From the human T2T-CHM13v2.0 reference genome, Homo sapiens, in the NCBI RefSeq assembly GCF_009914755.1, contig NC_060936.1: a stretch of 64,000 nucleotides of DNA; one strand, given 5' to 3'. The notes under the pieces were generated by a model. That model had not been told where the DNA came from, ran no database searches, and saw only the letters and a list, made by a program, of their open reading frames with translations. Shown here piece by piece: positions 17,492-35,389 of this stretch (its first letter is position 1; every line of letters begins with the position of its first letter). The translations under genes were made by a program, and so were the position numbers.

Positions 17492-18222
17492 TAGTAGTCC
17501 CTTATTATCCGTAGGAAATATGTTCCAAGATTCTCAGTGTGTGCATGAAACTGTGGATTGTAGTGAACCCCATACATACTATGCATGAGTTTCTTTTTCC
17601 TTCTCAATTTAACAGATAGAAGATTCATTCTAACCATAGGTCTTAACAACCTCAGCATATGATAACTTTTAGTTTCAACTTAAAGGAAGCAATTTACAGC
17701 TTTTCTTTGGCATATCGAATTGCCAGCATCACTACTCTTGCATTTTGAGGCCATTATTAAGTGAAATAAGGGGTATTTGAGGAAGCACTGTAATACTGTG
17801 ACAGTCGATCTGATAACAGAGATGGCTGCTAAGTGACTAATGGGTGGGTAGTGTACACAGTGGAGAGATGCTGGACAAAGGGAGGATTCACGTCCAGGGT
17901 GGGCTACAGCAGGACAGCTTGAGATTTCATTCTGCTACTCAGAATGGCATGCAGTTTAAAACTTTGGGCGAGGGCACCACACTAAACGTGTTCTTGATCC
18001 TGTCTGGGTACTCTTCCTGCATCTTGCTGATGAGGAAAGTACCCATCCCAGACCCAGTCCCCCGATCCAAAGAGTGAGCCATCTGGAAACCCTGTAGGCA
18101 GTCACAGCTCTCAGCTTGGATTGTTTATTTCCTGAATTTTCCACGTAATACATTCATACCATGGTTGACCATGGATAACCGAAACTGTGGAAAGCAAAAC
18201 CACAGATAAGGTGGGACTACTG
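17492..18222 (+). mobile_element. MER44-family (Tigger) DNA transposon
   Basis: TIRs (t)AGTAGTCCCTTATTATCC ... GATAAGGTGGGACTACTG with TA on both flanks; internal gatggctgctaagtgactaatggg motif. Confidence 0.88.
17961..18115 (-). pseudogene. Beta-tubulin (TUBB4B-like) coding fragment of ~52 codons
   Basis: Minus strand translates [52 protein letters not shown] versus beta-tubulin [52 protein letters not shown]; this frame is absent from the ORF track. Confidence 0.95.
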
Positions 18223-19479
18223 TATTGTGAACAAGGGCAGAAGAATTCACGTAACATAAAGGCAAAAATATAGGAGAATATTACCCTCTATCCCATGTGA
18301 ATGTGAAAGATTTATTATCCTGTTTTCTATTAGGGATGGAAAAAAGCACATGTGCCAAGTCAGTGAGCACATACCACGTACCTGAGGTTTAATTAATCCA
18401 GTCATGTTACCTCTTCCAGCACCACAGCTACAATTCAAGTACTTCTTGGTTAAATCTACAGTAGGCTACAGTCAGTCTCAAGGATCTATCTGGCTTCTGA
18501 AGGAATGAGATTGCTTGCTTATGTGGAGAAATAAGGGGTCATTATCCTTGCATTCATTAGGTCTTTAATAGTATCCTAATCTCTCTCATTCCTCCTGGGA
18601 CACAATATTATTTTTGATTCATTATCTTGGCCAGGGGTATGGAGGGAATTTTCAGAGGTTTCCATATTACCTTCCCCACTATGATAGCTCTTGCTCCACA
18701 GAGCAATGACTCTTCAATATGAGGCTTTTTCCAAGTGGAAAATCTATCGATTCCAATTATGCACTTGTAGAGTGGGGAAATGACCGCAGTGTGAGTGGGC
18801 AGACTCAGTGGCTCCATTGAGAATCTGATTTTAGATAGGACTCCATTTGCTACCTGTCCCCTATAGGCCCTCATTCTAACAGGGAGGAGTTGTGATGACA
18901 TCTCCAGGCATTAACATCATCATCTCAGATCCTGTGTCTAATAATCCTTTCCACAGTGTACAGTCCATTGAGATTGAGTAAGCGGTTGTATATCCCTTTG
19001 AAGAAGGGCCAGAGGAATCATTATGGTATATATTTTTCATGGTATTGTAGGGTCCTTTCTCCTAGGAACCTGGATACATCTTTAATCAATGGGCCTAAAT
19101 ATGCAAGTTTGACTCAGCTCTGGGAACTGAGCAAACAATTGTGACTTATATTGGGGTGATTGCCCTCATATTCCTGCTCCTTCATTCTTGCTTTTTTAAA
19201 AAAATTATATATATTGAGCAACATCCTTGTTGACTGCCCGTCTGTTTTCCCTCAGAGACAGTGTGTACTATTAACCATCTTCACAACTCCTTGAGCATAA
19301 AGTCTCCTTGACTGTTCCCATGGTCTTGCTAGTTCTTATATTAGTTGTGGCCTCCTGGCTTCTGGGGGTTAAGTATAGCCACCTGGCCTCTATTACTTCA
19401 GGGCTTCATCGTCTCCCTGGATATTAATGCACCACACTCCTATAGCTAATATAGTGCATGTTACAATTTTCTCCATACT

Positions 19480-19745
19480 TTATTTTTTATCAGTTTTATT
19501 GATATACATTATAAATAAAAATTATATGTGTTTACAGGTTCAACATGATGTCTTGATATATGTATAAATTGTGAAATGATTATCACAACCAAGCTAGTTA
19601 ACTTACCCATTAGCTCACATAATTATCATTTTCTGTGTGTAGTGAGAATGTTTAAGACCTACTCTGTTGGCAATTTTCAAATACACAGTATATTATTATT
19701 GACTATAGTCACCATGCTGTTACAATAGATCTCCAGAACTTATTC
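19480..19745 (-). mobile_element. L1MA8/9-like 3' end
   Basis: ttgtgaaatgattatcacaaccaagctagttaac...tagtcaccatgctgttacaatagatctccagaactt. Confidence 0.8.
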
Positions 19746-19811
19746 CATCCTTTTACTTTCAACATTTCTGTGACCTTATATTTAAAGTTTGGTCTCTTAT
19801 AAATGGCACTT

Positions 19812-20022
19812 ACAAATCTCCTTGATGGGGTTACACCATGATAAACCCACGTAAGTTAAAAATATCGTAAGTTGAAAGTACATGTTTGATTTACAATATT
19901 GTCAATTTACAGTGGGCTTATCTGAGTGGAAGCCCATTGTAAGTCTAAAGAATGCATGTTGCTTTTGCACCATTGTAAAGTCAAAAAACTGTAAGTCAAA
20001 GGAATGTAAGTGAGGGACTGTC
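19812..20022. mobile_element. MER47-like Tigger DNA transposon
   Basis: gatggggttacaccatgataaaccc...gcaccattgtaaagtcaaaaaactgtaagtc motifs. Confidence 0.75.
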
Positions 20023-20024
20023 TA

Positions 20025-20744
20025 TATTGGGCCTTTTTAAAAAAAAATCCAGTCTTATAATATCTGACTTCCTAATTGAAGCATTTAGTATGTTTACATT
20101 TAAAGCAATTACTGATATGGTTGGGTATAAATCTACAAACTTATTAAACTTTTTTTGATCTATTTCTATTTTTGCTTCTTCTTTCCTGCTGTCTTTGGGA
20201 TGAATCAAAATTTTTTATTACTTTAGTTTTAAAAGGAATGTTTAAAAAGAATTAGTCTTTTAAATTTGCCCATGTATTTATTGTTCCTGGAGCTTTTCAT
20301 TTTTTTAAAATTCCACATCTCCCTTTAGCCCAAAAAACTTCTTTTAGAATTTTTATAGAGGATATCTGCTGGTGATAAATTTCTTCAATTTCAGTATGTT
20401 TGAAAATGTCTTTATTTCACTTCTGATGAAAAAAATTTTCATTAGCTCAAAAGTCCTAGGTTGGCAGTTTTATCTTTTTTTCCACACTTTAAAGATGTCA
20501 TTTAATTGTCTTTTGACTTCCACCATTCTTATAATAATTTCTGTGAGTATATCTTTTTTCCCCCGTCACCTTAAAGATTTTATTTTATTTTTAGTTTGAA
20601 GTAGATAACTATGATGTTCTTAGGAATTTTTTCTTGTATTGTCCTATTTGGGGTTCACCGAGCTTCTTAAATATGTGAGTGATGTCTTTCATCAGTTTTG
20701 GAAAATTCACAGACATTATCTTTTCAAATATTGCTTTTTCCTCC
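20025..20744 (-). mobile_element. Ancient L1ME/HAL1-like ORF1 region; resumes at 22910-~23900
   Basis: tgaaaatgtctttatttcac and atgtctttcatcagttttggaaaattc motifs typical of antisense L1ME ORF1. Confidence 0.6.
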
Positions 20745-20800
20745 TTTTTATTATCAAAAAAAGATTTATTGAAACAATGCCTTACTAAAGGAAGATGAAC

Positions 20801-22909
20801 TTTATTTTTTATTATTTTGAATTTTTTACATTTCAGTAGCTTTAGGGGTACAAGTGGTTTTTGGCTACATGAATGAATTGTAGAGTGATAAAGTCTGGGA
20901 TTTTAGTCACCTGAGGTAGGGTACATTGTATCCCAATAAGTAGTTTTTCATCCGTCACCTCCCTCCCATCCTTCCCCCTTCTGAGTCTCCAATGTCCATT
21001 ATATCACTTTGCATGCCTTTGTGTACCCATAGCTTAGCTCCCACTTATATGTGGGAACACGTGGTATGTGCTTTTCCATTTCTGAGTTACTTCACTTAGA
21101 ATAATGGCCTCCATTTCCATACAAGTTGCTGCAAAAGACATTATTTTATTCTTTCATATGGCTGAGTAAGTATTCCATGGTATATATATCTCATTTTCTT
21201 TATCCATTCATTGGTTGATGGGCACTTAGGTTGATTCCATATCTTTGCAACTGTGAATTGTGCTGTGATAAACATACATGTGCAGATGTCTTTTTGATAT
21301 AATGATTTGATATAACGATTTTTTTTTCCTTTGGGTAGATATCCAGTTGTGGGATTACTAGATCAAATGGTAGATCTACTTTTAGTTCTTTCAGAAATCT
21401 CCGTACTGTTTTCCAAAGAGGTTGTACTCATTTACATTTCCACCAGCAGTGTGTAAGTGTTCACTTTTCACCACATCCATGCCAACATATATTGTTTTTT
21501 GACTTTTTAATAATGGCCATCCTGGCTGGGTAAAGGTGGTATCTCCTTGTGGTTTTAATTTGCATCTTTCTGATGATTAGTGATGTTGGCATTTTTTTCT
21601 TTTTTTTTTGGCCTTTTGTATATCTTTTCTTGAGAAATGTCTATTCATGTCATTTGCCCACTTTCAAAATGGGATGATTTGTTTTTTTCTTGCTGATTTG
21701 TTTGAGTTCCTTGTAGATTCTGGATATTAGTTCCTTGCTGGTTGCATGGTTTACAAATATTTTCTCCCATTCTGTAGGTTATCTGTTTACTCCGATGATT
21801 ATTCCTTTTGGAGTGCAGAAGCTTTTTAGTTCAATTAGGTCTCATTTATTTATTTTTGTTTTTGTTGCATTTGCTTTTGGGTTCTTCATCATAAATTCTT
21901 TGTGTACCTCAATGTCCAGAACAGTTTTTCCTAGATTTTCTTCCAGAATTTTTATGGCTTCAGTTCTTAGATTGAAATCTTTAATACATCTTAAGTTAGT
22001 TTCTGTATATGGTAAAACAGGAATCCTGTTTCATTCTTCTACATGTGGCTGTCCAATTTTCCCAGCACCATTTATTGAATAGGGTGTCCTTTCCCCTGTT
22101 TATGTTTTTGTGTGCTTTATTGAAGATCAGCTGGTTATAAGTATTTGGCTTTATTTCTGGGTTCTCTATTCTGTATCATTAGTCTATGTGTCTACTTCTA
22201 TATCAGTATCATACTGTTTTGGTTCCTATAGCCTTGTAGTAATATTCAAAGTTGGGTAATGTGATGCCTCCAGGTTTGTTTCTTTTTCTTAGGATTGCTT
22301 TGGCTATTTGGGCTCTTTCTTGGGTTCTATCTGAATTTTAGGGTTGTCTTTTTCTCATTCTGTGAAGAATGACATTGGTATTTTGACAAAAAATTGCACT
22401 GAGTCTGTAGATTTCTTTGGTCAGTATAGTCATTCTCATGGTATTGATTATTCTAATCTGTGAACATGGAATGTATTTTCATTTGTTTGTGTCATCTATG
22501 ATTTCTTTCAGCAGTGTTTTATAGTTCTGTTTGTAGAGATCTTTCACCTCCTTAGGTTAAGTGTCACCATTGCATTCAATAGCAAAAACTGCAATTACTT
22601 TTGCACCAGCATAATATATTCTTGATTTTTTTTTTGTAGCTATTGTCAAAGGGATTGAGTTCTTGATTTGATTCTCAGCTTGGACATCGTTGGTGTATAG
22701 CAGTGACACTGATTTTTGTTCATTGATTTTGTAACCTGAGACTTTACTGAATTCGTTTATCAAATCTCAGAATCTTTTGAAGGAGTCGTTAGGGTTTTTT
22801 ACATATAAGGCCATATTGTTGGCAAACAGAGATAGTTTGACTTCCTCTTTTCCAATTTGAATGCCCTTTATTTATTTATTTATATTTGCCTGATTGCTCT
22901 GCCAGGACT
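20801..22909 (-). mobile_element. L1PB-like, 5' truncated (~2.1 kb)
   Basis: gctttaggggtacaagtggtttttggctacatgaatgaattg 3' end; ORF 22557-22763 ([13 protein letters not shown]) is ORF2. Confidence 0.9.
22567..22614. mobile_element. Half MADE1 (mariner MITE) inside L1PB
   Basis: gcaaaaactgcaattacttttgcaccagcataa matches the MADE1/Hsmar1 TIR. Confidence 0.8.
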
Positions 22910-25657
22910 TTCTTTTATCCCATTCTTTTTCTTCTCTTTTTCTAGAACTCTAATTACACATATATTAATATTAGATCATTTGGCAGTATCTTCCATCTCT
23001 TGTTCTCTTCTTTTTTAAAAAAATTCTCTATGTGCTTTAGTTTAAATTGTTTACTTTGAGCTGTCTTTAAATTCATTGGCTCATTCCATGATATCTTAAT
23101 TTCATATACTGTAGAGTTTTAGAAAGCTAATTTGCTTCTTTTGGGAAATTCCATTTATCTGCTTAAATTCTTCATAGCTTTATCCATTTTGTTCATCTTT
23201 TCCTCTATTTTATTTAACATATTTATAATAGCAATCTTAGTATGTCTGTGAATTCCAACCTCTGGGTCATCTATAGGTCTGCTTCTATAATTTTCTTGAT
23301 TACAAGTCACATTTACTGGCTTCTTTGCATAGATTATTTTTTATTTTTTAACTTTATGCTGCGCATTATGTAAAAAGATGTGTAGATACTGAAATACATG
23401 TATTTCCCTCTAGGAAGGACACACTTTTCCCTCTACCAGGCAGTATGTTTGACGGCCAACTGCTTCAGTCTCATCAGAAATTGAGTTGGGATGAGGGTGG
23501 GTTACAGTTTTAGGTGGTTTCAGTTCTCACCTATTTTCCAATATATTGATAATAAAATAGGTTTGCTTTTCATTACAGCTGTTCTATTTGACTTTGGGAT
23601 ATAATTCTTAAGAGACTATGGAGATCTCTATCTACCTTTCTAAGAGTACTCCAACTTTACCTACAGCCCGGCATTCATCAAAAGTCTTCTGGGTAAAGGC
23701 TGACTGGTGTGGAGGACTGGATATGCTTTTGGGGGATCCTCTGGATTCCAATATATCAGTCATGCTAATTTGGCTATTAGAAACTCTGCTGGATTTTCCT
23801 TTGTCTTGGAAGAAGAAACCCTCTTCTTACGACACAATCGTTTACCCATCCCAAACTCGGCAAATGTCACCAGAGAGGAAAAGGCTCTTCCGTATCTGGA
23901 ATTTAAGTCTTCCAGACTTTCAGACTTCTTCACATCCTTAAACTTTTTCTTTTTTCTTTTTTTTTTTTTTTTAGTTTATCCATCTCCCCTCACCCCCACT
24001 ACTTGTTACAGTGAGAGCTATGGTCTACCACACTCTTTTATATCATAATCTATAACAGATCTCATCTAAATTATTTGTAATCCTTATGAAAACAATGCAA
24101 ATTAGAGGTTATCATCTTTACTTACAGATTAAAATTAATCTTACCGAGGGCCACTTGCCTAACAACATCCTACTTGTTAGCAACAGAGTGAGAATTTCAG
24201 TGCAGGTTGAACTCTCTATGCCTCTAGAATGTATACACACCTCTTTTCCCCACCCTGCCCCCTTTACTCTTTCTATTGTTAAGTGTGGTGCTGCAAGGTG
24301 ATTCAGAAAATATGAGGTACTTTGTGGTCAAATCAATCTAAGAAATGTTGTAGGCTATTTCCCCTCCTTAAGATTCACAATATCCATCAGCATGTTAAAA
24401 GTCCTACGGTAAACAACTTTAATAGAATACTTTCTAAACTTATTTGACCTCAGGACTTCCCCCAACCTCAGCAAATAAAACCTATTAACAGTCCACAGAA
24501 CTAGAGTTACGTGGAGTACATTTTGTAAAAATGCAGCACTACACTACATTATTCTGCCTCCCAGATACTACTGGTTATAATATTCTAAAAGGTCATGTCT
24601 GCATTATTTAATAATAATAATTCACCAAGGCATTTGACAAAAACTTCAGTGCTAAATTTTATTAATTTTACCATTCCCTATGGAAGAAACACACAATTTA
24701 ACTGAATATTTAAAATAAATATATGTTAAGCCATGACTTTAAAAAAAAAAAAGAAAATAGTAAATGTAAGAGAGAATAAACAGTTAGCATAATAAGGTTC
24801 ATCCTTATTTCAAACATATTCTCTTACCTAAATTATGAAATGAGTTGCTCTACCCATATCAGTAATGAATCATTTTGTTGCATGTAAAAATGCTATTTTA
24901 AAAGTATTTTCATATCAAAATGGCAAGGAAGGTCAGGAACGGAGAAATTTATAACTGTTCATACAGAAGTCATAAAAACAGAAATATTTTCACCATAGGG
25001 TAGATGCATTAGATATCACTAGCTTGCCCTGAAGTTTTTACCTGGATTTGACTATCAAGGTTAAAGTAAAACCTGTAAAATATTTATTTTGCAGGAAATG
25101 TGTTAGAATATGTTCATTTGGTTAAGACTCATGGAGTGAAGTTTCTTATGAACTAACAATTAAGCTGGACTCCACTGGAATTTCGACTAAATTTTAAAGT
25201 AAATGAAGATCCATGATCTTCTTTGAGGCAGAAGGAGTCTTTTGTGTGATTTGAAGTCATCATGGCTATAATCTGCTTAGTGGTAAAGTTCAGTGTATTG
25301 AACACAGATGTACCAAGCAATTGCTATGTCCCATAACATGGTGACATACTCCCTGATCCCAAATACCAGATGTTTGCTGAGGAACGTGTGACTGTCCTTG
25401 ACTAAGAAGACTCATTACATTTATCTCCCCTGTGTTAAATCTGTAAATGCTGTTAAATGGTGCCCATTATAGGGAATATAAAAACACAACTTCTACCTTA
25501 GAAAAATATAGTCATCTCTCACATACCCATAATCTCAGTTTAATCACTCGTCAAGTCTTTATCAATCTTGTTTCATCCATACCTCTTTCCACTTTCCATC
25601 AGCCCTAGCCCTTCCACCCGAAATGGATTCAGAATGATTCCCTAAAAACTTTTTGTT

Positions 25658-25956
25658 GGCCAGGAGCGGTGGCTCATGCCTGTAATCCCAGCACTTTGGA
25701 AGGCTGAGGTGGGCGGTTCACGAGGTCAGGAGATGGAGACCGTCCTGGCTAACATGGTGAAACCCCATCTCTACTAAAAATACAAAAAATTAGCCTGGTG
25801 TGGGGGTGGGCGCCTGTAGTCCCAGCTACTCGGGAGGCTGAGGCAGGAGAATGGTGTGAACCTGGGAGGGCAGAGCTTGCAGTGAGCCAAGATTGTGGCA
25901 CTGCACTCCAGTCTGGGCGACAGAGCCAGACTACGTCTCAAAAAAAAAAAAAAAAA
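25658..25956 (+). mobile_element. AluY-like
   Basis: cacgaggtcaggagatggagaccgtcctggctaac, gaatggtgtgaacc, gagcttgcagtgagcc, poly-A. Confidence 0.93.
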
Positions 25957-25989
25957 CCACCTTTTTGTTGCCTATACATCGCTTTCTTG

Positions 25990-27130
25990 TTTAATAAACC
26001 TTTTATTTTGGAAGCACTTTAGGTTTACAGAAAAATTACAAAAAGCGCATAGAGACTTCCCATATACCCCACAGCCAGTTTCCCCTATGATTAACACTTT
26101 ATATTAGTGTGGTATATTTGCCACAATTGATGAATGTTAATGTTAATACATTATTATAATTAGAGTCTATGATTTATACAGATTTCCTTAGTTTTAAAAA
26201 AATCTAATATCCATGTTTTGTCCTGGGAACAGATCCAGGATACCACATTCTATCTAGTTGTCATGTATCCTTAAACTCATCTTGGCTGTGGGTTTTTTCA
26301 GACTTTCTCTGTTTTTTATAATCTTGACAGTTTTGAGGAACAGTGGTCAGGTATTTTTGTAAAATATCCCTTAATTGGAACTTTTCTGATATTTTCCCAT
26401 GTTCAGATTGAGGCTTGGGGGTGTGGAAAGGAAGATTACAGAGGTAAAGTGCCATTCCCCTCACATCATATCAATGGTACATAACTATCAGCATGACTTG
26501 TCACTGTTGATGTTAACCTTGATCGCTTGTCAGTTTCTTCACTGCAAAGCTGTCCTTTCCACCCTATTTCCATACAGTACTCTTTGGAAGGAAATCATTA
26601 TGTGCAGTCCACACTAAAAGAGTGAGAAATAAAGCCCCACCTTCTTTAAGGTGAACTCTCAAGATAAATTATTTAGAATTCTTCTGCCAAGAAATTTGTC
26701 TATTCTCCTGCATTTATCTACTTATTTATTCAATCATTTATTTATATCAGTATGTACTCATGGATAGTTATCTTATATCTTGGATTATAAATACTTATTT
26801 ATTCTGTTGCTTAAATTGTTCCTTCTTTGGCCATTAGGAGCACCTGCAGTTGATTCCTGTGTCCTTTTGACATACTGCCATCATTGGGAGTTTTTGTTTA
26901 TTTGTTCATCTTTTGAGCATTTCCTTAACTGTGATTCAGGCTCATCTTATATATTACTTCTCACCCAGTTCTGGAATCAGTCATTTCTGGGTCCTTTATT
27001 GGAAAATGATACTAGAAACTATGATCTGGGCTCCTCTAGGTATGCTCATTGCTGCTGGGATATCACTGCTTCAAGGACTTCTCAGCTGACAGAGCAGGGA
27101 AACATATGCTTATGTCCACATATCTGTAAG
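25990..27130 (-). mobile_element. L1MC1-3-like 3' end
   Basis: ttaggtttacagaaaaatt...atccaggataccacatt...gaggtaaagtgccattc motifs. Confidence 0.75.
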
Positions 27131-27133
27131 GAT

Positions 27134-27792
27134 TTCCGCCCTGCTGGATTTTGGACTTGCATGGGCCCTGTAACCCCTTTGTTTTGGCCAATTTCTCCCA
27201 TTTGGAATGGCTATATTTACCTAATACCTGCACCCCGATTGTATCTAGAAAGTAACTAGCTTGCTTTTGTTTTTACGGACTCACAGGTGGAAGGGACTTG
27301 CCTTGTCTCAGATGAAACTTTGGACTGTGGACTTTTGGGTTAATGCTGAAGTGAGTTAAGACTTTGGAGGACTGTTGGGAAGGTATGATTGGTTTTGAAA
27401 TGTGAAGACATAAGACTTGGAGGGGCCAGGGGTGGAATGATATGGTTTGGCTGTATGTCCCCACCCAAATCTCATCTTAAATTGTACTCCCACAATTCCC
27501 ACATATTGTGTGAGGGACCTGGTGGGAGATAATTTGAATCATGGGGCAGTTTCCCCCATACTGGTCTCACTGTAGTGAATAAGTCTCATGAGATAGGATG
27601 GTTTTATCAGGAGTTTCTGCTTTTGCATTTTCCTCATTTTTCTCTTGTTGCTGCCATGTAAGAAGTGCCTTTCACCTCCCGTCATGATTCTGAGGCCTCC
27701 CCAGCCATGTGAAACTTTAAGTCCAATTAAACTTCTTTTTCTTCTCAGTCTCAGGTATGTCTTTATCAGCAGCATGTAAACGGACTAATACA
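27134..27792 (+). mobile_element. THE1 (THE1A-like) MaLR: end of internal region plus 3' LTR (27438-27792)
   Basis: Polypurine tract gaggggccaggggtggaa then TGATATGGTTTGGCTG...GGACTAATACA. Confidence 0.93.
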
Positions 27793-27796
27793 TTAC

Positions 27797-28716
27797 ACAT
27801 CTGAAAAAGGTCTAATATATCCAGCATCTATGAGTAACTTAAATTTACAAGAAAAAAAACAAAAACAAAAACAAAAAACAAACACCCCCATTAAAAAGTG
27901 GGAAAAGGACATAATCAGACACTTTTCAAAAGAAGACATACATGTGGCCAACCAGCATATGGAAAAAGCTCAACATGACTGATCATTAAAGAAATGCAAA
28001 TCAAAACCATAATGAGGCATCATCTCACACCAGTCAGAATGGCTACTATTAAAAGGTCAAAAAATAATAGATGCTGGCGAGGTTGCAGAGAAAAAGAAAC
28101 ACTTATACACTGCTGCTGGGAGTGTAAATTAGTTCAACCATTGTGGAAGACAGTGTGGCAATTCCACAAAGACCTAAAAAACAGAAATACCATTTAACTC
28201 AGCAATTGTGTTACTGGGTATATACCCAGAGGAATATAAATCATTCTATTATAAAGACACAAACTCACATATGTTCATTGCAGCACTATTCACAATAGTA
28301 AAACATGGAATCAACCTAAATGCTCACCAATGGTAGACTGGATAAAGAAAATGTGGTACATATACACCATAGAATACTATGCAGCCATCATAAAAAGAAT
28401 GACATGGATAGAGCTGCAGGCTGTTATCCTTAGCAAACTAACGTGGGAAGGGGAAACCAAATACCGCAGTTCTCACTTATATGGGAGCTAAATGATGAGA
28501 ACATATGAACACATAGAGGGAACAACACACACTGGGGCCTATCAGAGGGTGGAGATTGCAGGAGGGAGAAGATCAGGAAAAATAAATAATGAGTACCAAG
28601 CTTAATACCTGGGTGATGAAATAATCTGTACGACAAATCCCCATGACAAAAGCTTATCTATATAACGAACTTGCACATATGCCCTTGAACTTAAAATAAA
28701 AGTTAAATTTAAAAAA
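27797..28716 (+). mobile_element. L1PA13/14-like 3' end
   Basis: ORF 27994-28197 is the ORF2 C-terminus ([17 protein letters not shown]); 3' UTR agatcaggaaaaataa...ccccatgaca. Confidence 0.9.
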
Positions 28717-28892
28717 TGGTGATATTTTAATTTTGTTATTTTTAGGCATTTATGACTTGCAATTCTTTCATAAAGAACTTTACCTATTCAACTATTTGGT
28801 TTCCATGAAAAACAATTTGTACAGGAAGACTTGATTTTTCTCTTTATATTTTAGTTTTCAGCATAATAAATTGACACTCTAACATTCCTTAA

Positions 28893-29159
<267 letters not shown>

Positions 29160-29212
29160 TGAAAGCAGTTTCTACTCTTCTGGTTGAACTCTGACTGATT
29201 AAAAACGTTGTA

Positions 29213-34022
<4,810 letters not shown>

Positions 34023-35194
34023 ATTGTTAATAGAGTGTCTCTGTCTTAAGTTGAAATGGGAAGACCAGTTTAAATCTCTGATGATAAAGAAAATGGGAAG
34101 ACACAAAGCAAGTTATGAAGCAGAAAAAAAGAATCCCATTTTTACTTTAAATACAAAAAGAACAGCAAAGTCATAACTCAATATTTTGCTTTGTCTTTTT
34201 CTAACCATAAATATAAGCTAAGTCTACTTTAATCTTCACCACACCCCCTACACTGTCATCTCTCATTCCCTTCTCCCTTCCCCAGAGTAATCACTAAGAT
34301 GAGTTCGTTTATATTCTTCCAATCCATTTTTATGTATAAGTAATAGGTAGTAATATTTTATATTTTTAAAAGTAATATCATGTGCACGTATTTTCTATCT
34401 TGCATTTTCCCTTCAACATCAAATTTTGGATCCATGTTAATATAAGTGGATTTAGCTTTGTTTCAACTGCTTCATTGTGTTTCCTGATGACTATTCCACA
34501 TTTCATTAATGTGATCCCCTATTGATGGCATTTAGGTAGTTTACAATTTTTATGCTGTCATTAAAACAACAGTATAATGAGCTTCTGTTGTTTTCAATGC
34601 TGTTTGAGACTTACGTTTTAGGGAAGCTAAGATAATACATATATTTTAAAAAGTATCTTCTCACCCCTTGTTTTTTTCTTATAAGACTTTTGCTTAACAG
34701 TGACATGGTCTTTTACCTAAAAACTGAAAATAGTTTTTTAAATGATCAAACAAAAGAGACAGTTTAGATAAAAAGGCTTTTTTTTTTTCAAACTCCATTC
34801 CTTTTGATTCTATGAAGTCATGAAGACAGAAAGGAATTATCAGTGTTACTAATTAATTGTGGACCCTCAGCTTTTAAAGTGCATCATTGTGTATTTGCTC
34901 TTATAGTACCTTCTTGGGTTTATATAAAAAAGTAGCTGCATGAAGCTCTTTGCCTCATTTGGACTTTGTTTATCTATACTTTTTGCTTATGCTCAATCCC
35001 AGTTTATTACTCCCTGACGATTTCCCTGGCAGTACAGAAATCGATGTTGGAGCACAGTATCTAAAATGTGACAATTATCCTTAGTGACTGTCTGGTATTG
35101 TCCTTAACAAGAGTATTTAGTCAATCCACTCGATGGCATGCTTTGTACAGAAACATGAGTTGATGCAGAGATACAATTCCAATAGGGATGAAAA

Positions 35195-35235
35195 TGAGTC
35201 ATAGTAGTCAATTAGCTTTTGGTGATGATGAGTCA
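35195..35235. promoter_or_regulatory. Pair of AP-1 consensus sites (candidate enhancer)
   Basis: TGAGTCA at 35195-35201 and 35229-35235 in apparently unique sequence. Confidence 0.4.
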
Positions 35236-35389
35236 CAGGAATCAAAACATTTTGCAAAGCGTTTGGCAGACGACCAAATGCTCTAGCTTGAGCTACCGAG
35301 ATGTGACATTTTAGAAAATGGGAAGAAAATCGTCATATCTTAGTATCTCTTCATGGAAGATGTTTGTCAGTTGCCTAGAGGAATATTTT

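Larger units (their letters stand above)
14650..19440 (-). mobile_element. Ancient ERVL internal region (gag-pol remnant), interrupted by MER21 and MER44
   Basis: ORF 14764-14961 (FILTGTDTCPKRVFSFPA) resembles ERVL integrase; ORF 18608-18901 (AYRGQVANGVL...VISPLYKCIIGID...AIIVGKVIWKPL) resembles ERVL protease/RT start. Confidence 0.85.

Noticed and set aside
17956-18153. 65-aa ORF MYYVENSG... as a new protein
   Set aside because: It is an alternative frame of the tubulin fragment fused to MER44 sequence.
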